A stretch of DNA of 62,771 nt, the filler included, from Platydemus manokwari (lineage: Eukaryota), in assembly GCA_037951405.1 (NCBI GenBank). It is 6 parts of 6 records of this genome, joined end to end, with 100 filler letters (N's around TTAATTAATTAA, not from the genome) between each part and the next. Parts side by side here need not be neighbours in the genome. Positions count along the whole stretch, not along the records: positions 51,940 to 62,771 come from JBBMOY011102331.1; 5 more parts are not named here. One strand, written 5' to 3'. Numbering within the stretch: position 1 is the stretch's first letter; each line of letters begins with the position of its first letter. The notes beneath the pieces were generated by a model. That model saw nothing but the letters and a program-made list of their open reading frames with translations, was not told the origin of the DNA and searched no databases. Below are positions 51,840 to 62,771 of this stretch, piece after piece. A program made the position numbers and the translations under genes.

Positions 51840-51939
51840 NNNNNNNNNNNNNNNNNNNNNNNNNNNNNNNNNNNNNNNNNNNNTTAATTAATTAANNNNN
51901 NNNNNNNNNNNNNNNNNNNNNNNNNNNNNNNNNNNNNNN
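51840..51939. other. assembly linker
   Basis: Same 100-bp spacer. Confidence 0.99.
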
Positions 51940-53267
51940 CTTAGGATATAACTTTAAACGTAATGAAAACTTTAAAAAATACAACATTTTCCACACTGAG
52001 TCAAGTAACAAGTAAGTAGTAAAGAATTGGCACAGCAACTTAAAGAACTAATTGATATGATATTAACCTGGTGATATTCTGATTTATCTGAGTGATATTT
52101 GGATTTATTTGTTTGAGCTTTACTATTTTAAAACATATTTTAAAAATATAAAGACGTAAGTAAAGGAAATGAAAATAATATACTAATTAATTACTAATTT
52201 ATAATTAGAACCTAATTAAAGTTTTAAGAAAATACGGAAACATTTTTAATAAATTGTTAGGGTTTTGACAAAATTATTAAATGAAACCAAATTTTCCTTG
52301 ACATTGTGACCTGACAATTTTTGGCCAGCTATGGTAAAATCAATTTATTAATAATGATATTTATAAAATGATATATTAAATATTTATAATCATTATAATC
52401 GGTAAATATTTAAAATAACAATATCGCCAAAACCCACCATAGAAAAATCCAATAAAATTTCCTCTACAATTAATCAATAAAATAATACAAATAATATGTA
52501 ATAAATAAATTGTCACATCACACAATAAATACATGCAATAAATAAAACATTCATTAAATTAGATTTAATCAAAGAGAATTTCTCTCTGCGATAAATAAAT
52601 TCTGGCATAAGAATGTAAAATACAAGGCTTTAAATTATAATCGTAAGGAATTTCTGAGAGTGATTTAGCTGTCTAGGTAGTAGTCACAGTTACCGTGGAC
52701 ACATTAAAACATTATTACCAGACATATTAAAGACGCAATCGTTAGAGAGACGTAATAATATCAGACGAAAAAGAGAAGATCGTTTTGAGTTGATGATCAG
52801 AATTTCAGTATTTTACTGGAAGATGCTACAGTAAGGTACATTTTCGTAAAATATGGATCGGTATAATGAATTTCGTATATCTACTATTATCAAGCTGTGT
52901 CTTAAATTTCTGAAGATTTCGCTCCAAGATTGTGGAGTCTAATAATCGTGGCTTGTTCTAAGAAGTTGTTAAGGTCGATTATAATGTTTGATGTATAGTG
53001 TAGAATTACAATCAATTTGTAATTTTTATTTTATATGGTAGTCAGTTAGTATCGTTGTTATTTAACAATAGATATTTGTAGTAAAACCATACCTATTAAT
53101 TAAATAGGGGTCAATAATTTTATTAATTAAAATAAGTGCATAAACTGAGATTGAAAGTTAAGATATATTGCTATTGTCACACTTATTGTCTTTATGCATT
53201 TTAGTTGGGCGGGGTGAAAATAATATTAATCATAAGGTTCAATACATCTGCGGTCTTAATCAAAAAC

Positions 53268-54320
53268 TCATTGAGACTGAGTAACAAAGTAACCATTATT
53301 CACAGTACAACAGTAAAAATAATTGGTCAATTTAATGGCAATATAAGATTTAAAAACTTCTAAGAGGTCGAATTCAGTAATAAAGGGCAAAATTATTAAT
53401 TGGGCATCAAGGATAAATTGAACAATCAGATGGGGAGAATTGGAACAAAGCATTTGTCGACAGTTAATTGCAATAAAACATGCATTCGATAATATGTCAC
53501 CATTAGACAAAGGTAGTAATATTAGCATATATATTTAAAATCCAATATTAAATCCAATTTTCTAATATTTCACATTGAAAATTTCCTCTTCATTGTAGTG
53601 CTGATTAATGTCTTTTCAGCGAACACAGAAGTAGATATCATCAACCTAGTTTAAGTTCTCTTAATCATATCTTTCCTGATTCTTATGAAGATGTCGTGGA
53701 ATCAAGAATAGTTTTTATCTATTAATGTGGAGTGTATTCTTTTGAGCTGAACTCATTAAATACACCTAACAAGAAAATTTCTGGATTTTCCAGAATATTT
53801 TTCGCTCATTTGGATTTAAATTATTCTGGAATATCATATTATTGATAATCCCATGAAACAATCATCGTGGGCAAGTAAAATTTTAAACGTGCAATTTGTT
53901 TATGCTAACTTGACGATGTTGAGTTTTCCATACCTTAAAGACAATGTAGTTCTTGAAAATTCAAGGACAATCTAATTCTCTTTCTCCTTGAACTTAGAAT
54001 TTTCCAAGAATACATATTTAGCAATATCTGAACTAGATTTCAATTGTTTCAAAAACATACACATGTCTGTATCGATTTTTTAATAATTTTATCAGTATAT
54101 TTTGTACAGACTTTATCTTCTTTCATAAGCTCAAAAGTCAATTTTTAAAAGTCGATATCTTTTGAACCTTTCATCGATGTATTTTCAACAATTAAAAGTC
54201 AGAACTTAAAAGATTGCTACATAAATTCATGTTTGTATCAATAATACAATTCCTGGAAACTTTGGTTCTTCTGTGAAATAAATGATCAATATATAACGCT
54301 TCTGGAATACACATCACTGA
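53268..54320 (-). pseudogene. possible highly decayed hAT transposase C-terminal region
   Basis: ORF 53268-53528 loosely follows hAT dimerisation-domain spacing (LLPLS..F..I...L.S..FD..EV), and a CPTRW-like remnant lies near 53870. Weak. Confidence 0.3.
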
Positions 54321-55419
54321 GTTACCAAACAATTATTACTGTTATATCTCCACAAGTTAATATCAACTCAACCACTAATCACATAAATACAGCAAATTAT
54401 AAAGAATTTAATGTTTACCAATATGTAATTTCGAACACAACAGTTACCAAATGCCTTCCTAGGTGTAAGTGTTTCAAATTCCTTTGCAGGAAATATATGA
54501 GAAAAAGCTTACTTAAAATTGACAAAACCTCACATGTGACTTATCGGAACATTATTTATCTTAAATTTACTTTCATTTTATAGCTTGATAAAACAATTGT
54601 TGTGAATTTACTCACTCTTCTTTATCATTGTCTGAAATGTTTTTGTCTTCTTATAGATAGTAGTAAATATGAAATATGTGCTATAAAACATATGTCCTGA
54701 ATGAGGTAACAATACCTTTTATATCGTTTATTTAATTTAGTGCTTATTAATCTTATTTTGACTTTTTTAAAAATTTATTTGCCTTTATTGTTTTATATCT
54801 ATTAAAATTATCTTGATTCTAATTATTTTAGAGCTAGTTCATAAAGTCTGAAATTATTTATCATTATTGTTCATTATTTCTTTTATGTCTGTGTAGAATG
54901 AAATAAAAGGCACCAAAAATCCTGATCAAAATCATTGGAACAAAATTCAAAAATTATGTGCACAAAAACACAATAAAAACGAGTGCTAGTAGCTAATCAA
55001 AAGTTTTATCAACACTGATCTGATTGCAAATTGCAATTGATACATACCTACATAATGTAACTATCATCGAAATGAACCAATGACAGCATGTAAAAGAGAC
55101 GACTCTCGAAAAGGATTTCTAGTTTTTTATTGTCGATAAACCTGTGACTGTTTCTTTTCTTTGAGTGATTATCTTTGATCTTTAGAAAATGTATTCTGTG
55201 ATCAGATCAATTGTATTTACTGATTTGACTCTGGCTGATTTATTATCGATACACACCTGATTATTATTAACCATTATCCTAATTTTTTTATTCGATTTTT
55301 AAGATAAAAATATTATCGATTTCCATTGGTTGAAAATATATTCACTGAAATAATCCATTTGCATTGGCCTTTACATCTTCATAGACTGTGTTAGATATCT
55401 ACTAACACTAAATACTCAA

Positions 55420-55915
55420 AATTATCATTATCAATCACATGGTACAATTTAAAATAAAATCAATAATGTTCTCAATATAAAGTTCTCAGTCAAAAGAAAA
55501 AGGTCAATTAATATTTCAACACCCAAAAATAAAGCATTGACAAAAATAACGATCATAAAAGAAGGGCCGTCAGAATACTCACACAAAGAATTACGAAAAA
55601 TAAAAAGCTATCGACGATGAAAGTCTTACGTCGACTTGTCATGTATGTTTACTTCTGTCTTTTAGTTTTAGTTTGTATTTGTTAGAACTGTCTACATACA
55701 TGTTCATTAGTAAATTCTTTTCTAACTCGCATGTCTTTGGCGTATCTTAGTGTTTATTGCTTGTTGTTGATAAGCGTTATGTAACAATCGAATTTTATTT
55801 TTGAATTGATATTTTAAGGGCATTGCCTGTGACACATGGGCTTATATATAACATATCGACCCTTCTAAGGTTTATTCTCGAGTATTTGTAGGTGTTGTGA
55901 TTATTTTTGTCACGC
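55420..55915 (-). mobile_element. solo LTR-like repeat (same family)
   Basis: Reverse complement ATCAACAACAAGCAATAAACACTAAGATACGCCAA..TTAGAA..TACTAAT..GTATGTAGA aligns by eye with 14610-14700 and 15183-15260. Boundaries approximate. Confidence 0.6.
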
Positions 55916-57550
55916 ATTTTACACGTAATCATCATTTCACCATATTTACACTCATCGTCATTCATCATCAATAAATGACATGTACACTCTCTAAAATCGT
56001 ATTCAATATCAATTGAGTGAATATAACTTTACAGCTACAGTTTAATTTAAACCATATTATATGACTTTCATTTATCAGGCTTTTCATTTTTTAAACTGTG
56101 TTGTGATCTTATTACACGTATTAGTTGGGGGAATTGCTGAGTTTTTGACCAATTTATCGACTATTTCATGATCCTTAAATCAATTTAAAATCATCTTGAT
56201 TCACCTTTTTTCCTCGACCAGAAATTTTTTTATTAAATTAAAACCGTGTTTGTTAAAGTTATCATTGAAAAATAATCGTAACAAGGAATTCATTGGTTTC
56301 TGTAGAAATACATAACATAACCTAAATAACTTCTGACATAATTTGTAATCACAAATTCGACCTCATTTGCTCTTAGAGCTTTAAGAGTGAAGTTTAGTAG
56401 TACTCATTATCGACATATTACAGAAATCTCAAAGTTTAGTGACTTAATTTATTTATATTTTCAAAATTTTTATTTAATGTAGTCAATTTTAAGTAGAGTT
56501 TGAAATGATAATAATTATTTATATCGGTAGTTCTCTTTAATATTTAAGCCGTGTGCATTTCGTGCATACAAATGAGTCGAAACTCATTTTCCATCTCTTC
56601 TGAGATTATAAAAATAAGTGTTTTCAAACTCTCTAAATTCAAGGAATTAAGTTTTTGTCTCAAATTGCCTTTGTGAATTTAACATACTTAATAGCGTGTT
56701 TATTATTCACGATATTCAATAAACAAAATAACGCTCATCAACAAGGATCGATAAATGATTTGGTTAGCTCAAATTTGCTTTAGAAAATACCAGTACCGAC
56801 TCCAATATTTTTTGTTTATCGCTTTGAAAATTATTTTCGAATTTAGAAGTGTGTCACGTAAAATGAAGAACCACTGAGTTAGTTCATATCACACATATTA
56901 AATCACCGTGCTAAGTGTGCGCCATTGGATAAATTGTTGAGATTTTCATAAAACGAAAATATCATTTGTTATAAATCATGCTTGTTTGAACCCAATAAGC
57001 AGATTTTTCTCAATAAAATCTTTCAAAAATATCTTCAAATAATATTTGATCAATTATTTTTGTTATCGATTATTAATTTCACTCCTACTACCGTGATTTT
57101 CAAGTTCAGAACTCATATGACCACAGTTATTTAATGATTTCATGATAACAATAACCCTAACCATTTAGGAATTTTAATATTATTATTTAATTATATTGGA
57201 TGCCAAATATTTATAAAAACATAGCACACGTGTCAGCGATAAAAAGTACCCGGCTTTTGAATTGTCAAGTTCGATAATAAATTCTGTCTGGTCAAATTTC
57301 AATATTCAATAAAAACATGTACCTATTGAATACCCACACGTTTGATTACGTAATTCAACAGTGCGACTGACTAGAGCTATCGACAATCAATCATTATCGA
57401 TTAACTGATAATATTCATAATAATGCACCAAGTCGTCATCAATAAAAATTTCTGATTCAACCAATTTATTCATAACTAAAAATAATAATTAACAAAATTC
57501 TATGTACATATCGAAAATAAATCTAAATAGTCAAATATGATATCAAAAAT

Positions 57551-60500
57551 TCAATCTCTAATGTGTAAGAGTTTGTTGAGTTGTATTTGCAAATAGTTTC
57601 TTAACGACTTTGGCAATTGGTTCATATGTTCATATCCACATGTTTTAATCATTTCATGTACGCACATATCTTGGAGCGATTTAACTTTATTCTGAAATTA
57701 AAAAAGGCGAAATAAATTCATTTTTTGATTTTTGTTGATTTTTACTCATCAAAGATGTAATGAAAAATATCAGATTATTGAGTAACAATAAACACTTTGA
57801 TCAGTTGTTTTCAAATAAACAACATGTTCAATTCAATTTCGAAAATCCATTTTATTAATATTCCATTATTAGTCATTGTTTAAATATACTAAATTTAACT
57901 CGCTACATGGGTTTTTCGATCCAGAGAAATGTTTCCGTGGGGTTCCTCTTCAGCAAAAAGGTTGAAAACCACTGACTTAGATAAATAAACGCTTCCCAAT
58001 TCAATGAAACAAGGTTAAAGAATTTAATAGCAATTTGTTTAACTGAACTACTAATTAACCAACAATGTCGATATATTTTATGAAATTCGCAAATAATTCT
58101 GTTTTCACATGCTAAAATTCTCTCACCAACTAATATGGGCGGTGCTGCATGATACTATTTTTAAATAACGAATTCTCTGACATTTCGAATTGTCTGCTCG
58201 ACAATTATCAAATCCCAATCGAAAAACAATAACAAGTGTTGTGAAAATCTGATATCAACTAGTTACGTTGTTATTGAGAAAATATTATTTACAATTTCTA
58301 GACATTTCCTTCCCCTTCAGACAAAATTATAAATCGATCATATAAATCATAGCTCAATTTTTTATATTAGAACAATCTCCGATACAAAATTATTGCTGGA
58401 AGAGATGAGAGACAATCTTTCATTGGTTCGATAGTAAAATTATAATTTGATTCGTTGACTTGACAAATCTATTTATAGTAATTTTAGAAAATGAAAAGAA
58501 AATATTGATTTTAACCAAGAAAGAAATTAAAGCTAAATAATTATAAAATCAACATTATTAAATGTTACTTGTTCGAAATTCATTATTTGTACACATTTTG
58601 TTGATCCATACACATCAACAATAGCTTTCACTTGAGGCAAATAATTATATGGATTGGTGTTTGTAAAATGCCCGGCTCCTGGTGGAACAACGTAAACGAG
58701 ATCCTATGTTAAATCATAACGATATTTAAATAATCACTACAAAAAGTTGAGATAACCTCATGCCGATTAACCTCCAATCCATTAATCAATACATGGAAAG
58801 TATATTTAAAGCAAATCCTTTCGAAAGACTCTGTATGACTAGGAATTTGGGCAGTACAATCAGATCCAATGAAATCTGGAGCTTGGATAACACAAACATC
58901 ATTATGATGTGTGTTTATATTAACAGTCTGTACATCGTAATAGATGCTTATGATACTTCCAATGACGCCCGGTTTATGAGAAATGCAGTTTCCGCCGTTA
59001 ATCTAAATAATTAATAATGATAATATTTTATATATAAATCGTGATTAATTATTAAAAATGCATTATTTGTTTCCGTACACAATTTCGTTAAACAAAATTC
59101 ATGACATGAATTGATTGCGGTAAATATAAATATTTATAAATAAAATCACAAAATTCCATCATCATCATCATCACCACTTACACTAAGACATTCTGACATC
59201 AGTTGATAGATTGGAATTGTTCCAAATGAAGTTGACAAACAACATTTGCATTGTTGATCAGATTTGCCTTCCAAATCAGACCCATCCAACGATTGATATT
59301 TCTCGAATTTGAATGATATCGGAGATTCACCTTGAGAATTCCTTTCCATTTCCACTTCATTATCAATAGCACAAATCCAAGTGCATCCTCTTTCACTCAT
59401 ATCTGGTATTGAATACCTTAATTTAGGAGATACGTGTATCACAAAGTAAAATAGCTGGCTATATATGGATATTTAAGTCAAACATAAGATTACATATATA
59501 TGTAAAACGATATCAATAATAAATCTATTTGACGATTCTGTGAAAAATGTTTAGTTTTTGTTCTTTTTAGAACCAAATCAAGTATTTCAGAAATGCTAAT
59601 AGGAACGACACAGGTCGTTCAGGTGCATAACCGTAGATTTTAAAATGAAATTTCCGTCATTAAAGCTCAATCACATTCAACAATTGTCATGGTCCCAACA
59701 AATTTCTGACAAATTATTAAAAAAAATAAATTGTGATTTAAAACCTTAAATCGTATTGAGATTGTTATTGAAATCCTATACGTGATGATAATATAATTAT
59801 CATTATTAGATGATTTATAATGGTTTTTGGAGTTATTTTTTCAATTTTTCAGTCTAAATTGTTTATCAAATTATCATTATTTACATCCACTACATCGAGG
59901 TAGATTATTAGAAATATTAAAATAAACAATCGATCGAATGAATCATGATAACCTTTTATTTCAAATGCGCTTACGTTCTGCTATTCACCAATGAGAATAC
60001 ACACGTCATCGTAATAAGAATATTTTTGAATTACCTTATCTACGTCATTTACTGTATCAGAAATTCGATTACATAATAGTTTTAGACGATAAAAATAATT
60101 ATGCAATTGTAGAAACAGGTCAAAATATATCACTCAATTTTAGATGGGGTTTGGTCATTACAGGACATTCGCTACATGGGCTTATTAGGTAAAAATATGT
60201 TTCAAACAAACTGAAAATAATTAACGTCAGGGTTATCATTAAAACAATTAACTGTAAAAAAGGCCAAAAACTTTGAAAAATAATAATGAATTTACAAAAT
60301 TAAATACGATATTCAATTCACAGAAATAACGTGTTTACTATTTATTTGAGAATGATTTAATTTTGTAAATGAATTTCAAATAAAAATCTTCAACATTCCC
60401 ATGATCACAACATGCTGAAATTGTTCACAATTTTAATGGCAACCAAATTTTTGTTATAAAATATAGAACTTTGTTTTACTATATCAAAGGTAGGTCATTG

Positions 60501-61242
60501 GGTAATTTTCTGTTTGAAACCAAAATATGTTTTCATATGACGATTTAATTGATATCAAAATTCATGAGATGAATATATTAAGCAATTCAAATAATAAGTT
60601 AACAACATAGATAATAATATATCAAAATTATTAGAAATATATATATATATATTGTAAATGGCATGAGAATATTCGATCTGTAAAATACTATATCAACTGT
60701 TCATCAATGTTAAATCAACGACCATGAAATTTTTGAAAGAAATTCATATGTGAATACAAATTCAAATAAATAAAAATTCATTTAAAAATCATCAGAAACG
60801 TTGGGAATTATCAAAAAATTTAAACCAGTTCGTAATTTTAAAAAATCATTGTCATTTGAAAATGTATAAAATCATTAAAGAAATAATAAAAAACCTAAAT
60901 TGTCTGATACCTTTAGAAAATACCTTTTATAATATCCTTTAGGGAGCTATTAGCATTCCAAATATAATTCTAAATCTGAAAATGTTAGGCAATAATAATT
61001 TTTCAACAATACCTTGCCAAAGGAAATAGAATACCATCAGGTAGTATGGTAAATCCAACTCGAAGATTTCCATCCCAAATTTGATCGACTTCTTCAACTT
61101 TTATTGAAAATAATTGACCAGGTTTGATTGATTCCCGAGTTGTCACAACTGAGTCGTTAAATTCTGAGATACGTTTCGCCATGTTTCTACATCGATTAAA
61201 AACCAAATTTGTACTAGCATGATCAATATCAAAAGTTAGCAT
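57551..61242 (-). CDS. NEURL2: Neuralized (NHR) domain + SOCS-box E3 ligase adaptor, NEURL2/Ozz-like, ~328 aa
   Basis: Coding exons 61242-61013, 59416-59182, 59002-58757, 58703-58569, 57691-57551 are phase-compatible (987 nt). NHR motifs: AKRISEFNDSVV, WDGNLRVGFT, YSIPDM..GCTWICAI, FHVLING, AIVDVYGSTKCV. SOCS box: VKSLQDMC...LPKSLRNYL. A 44-nt 5'UTR intron (61286-61243, GTGAGA..TAG) ends immediately before the ATG. Confidence 0.9.
57802..57974. mobile_element. 173-bp hAT (Buster/Charlie-type) MITE in the last intron of the NEURL2-like gene
   Basis: Termini CAGTTGTTTTCAA / GGTTGAAAACCACTG. 8-bp flanks ACTTTGAT / ACTTAGAT (7/8, central TA). Confidence 0.8.
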
Positions 61243-62771
61243 CTAAAGAGTAACAGTTAATTATAAACATTTAGGGAAAATCTCACCTAAATACGTGAAA
61301 ATAATTAATATTTGTCCTTGAAATCACGATAACTTTTAATGATGTTAATGAAGGTTATTTAATCGAATTGATCAAACAAATAGTATATTTTTAATATTTT
61401 ATGAATTGTGGATTTTTTGTTTGTTCATTAAATATTTTCTTTACAAATCACTCTTAAAATTCTTAATTTTGAATTTATGATTCATGATTTTTAGATTCTT
61501 ATATAATCAAAAAGTTGGATTTATGAATATCAATACAACTTTTTTTAATAAGAAATAAAGTGCATATAACATTTTTTAACTGTGAAACTTTATCGAGTCA
61601 TTAAATTTCAAAGTAACTCACAATGTTATATTAATAACAAAATTCTAGTGAAATTATCAAATATTAAAATTATTATATTCAAAAAGATCATTTTATTGAT
61701 AATTTTGCTGTTAGAACATTTCACTTGTTTATAATTTCTTGAAATTTCAACATACAATTTCAAAAAGGATTTTTAAATTTGAAAGCTGATTAAATAATAA
61801 GATTTTCACAGAATTCCTTTCCATTATTAACAATTTATAAGCACTCTATACACAATGAAATATTATTATTTAATTTCAAAATGAAATTTCTGACAATACT
61901 TCTAATAGGTCGATACTGCTAGTAATTTTTTCATATTTATCATAAATCATCATGCAGTTCGTTGATGAGAATTTGTTTTAGAATTAGAATACATTAGTGA
62001 TTAGAATACAGCATCATTATGACGCTTAGATTATGTTTTCGTACTTATGTAGTTTATCCAAAACATTGTTGTTCATTCAAGTCATGCGTGATCATTTGCA
62101 CTCTAATTCACAAATTTTAATTGATCTGAGTATCTGTTATACTCCGAGCCAATATGATTATGATGACATGAATTTTCAATAAATTATGTTATCATTCAAC
62201 CTTTTTAATTTTACTTTACAAATCATTTTGGAATTTATTAATGAAGCACCCAGAAAATTAAACTCGTATAATGACAATCTATTTTTATATTTTTCAACCG
62301 AATAATTAACCTAAAATATACAAACCGGAAATTTCAAGACAATTATTGCATAAGGAGTTTATAAGACACAAAACTTGATATTTCCAAAGTACAATATACA
62401 ATTTTAACAGAAATATTGAATGTTTAACACAATTAATATACACATACAAAAAAGGAAATCAGCTTTTAAATCACTAATTGATTATTATTATCAGGTAAAT
62501 ATTATAAAATAACTTTCTATAAATGTTAAACTTCAAGAGTGAAAGAAGTTAATAAGTTATAAATTTAATAGCTTTTTCGATCTTATTCTACTTTAGCAAA
62601 AGTAATTTATATTCAGAATCATTGTAAATTTTATATTCGGTATCATTGTCACATATCCAAACGATAATCACGTGTGATCATCAATATGAATAAGATTATT
62701 TAACCTTTAAATACCAGTAATAGAAAATAAATTTCTATGATACTTTATTTGTTTTCCATGTTATTTAAACA

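Noticed and set aside
1-62771. tRNA, rRNA, spliced-leader RNA genes or CRISPR arrays
   Set aside because: None recognised by eye; tRNAscan-SE and Infernal/Rfam would be needed to exclude divergent ncRNAs.

Overview
Very AT-rich eukaryotic (metazoan) genomic DNA. The 44-61 nt introns and the repeat content are consistent with a triclad flatworm/planarian, which is an inference. The window is six ~9-11 kb contigs joined by artificial 100-bp N44-TTAATTAATTAA-N44 linkers, so adjacency across the gaps is not guaranteed. Supported genes: a complete 7-exon S-adenosylmethionine synthetase (MAT, +, 385 aa); a divergently oriented intronless 278-aa uncharacterised gene with a degenerate EF-hand; a complete NHR + SOCS-box gene with 5 coding exons (NEURL2/Ozz-like, -, ~328 aa); the TM1-TM2 exon of a rhodopsin-type GPCR; and two exons of a fibronectin type III protein. 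Most of the rest is transposon debris: mariner copies and ends, an R2-group (RLE) non-LTR fragment, hAT fossils, a hAT MITE, a probable Merlin MITE family and a solo-LTR family with one nested insertion. The most interesting signal is the last MAT intron. It sits at the same position as the SAM-regulated retained intron of vertebrate MAT2A, is about three times longer than the other introns, and by hand pairing can adopt two mutually exclusive folds.
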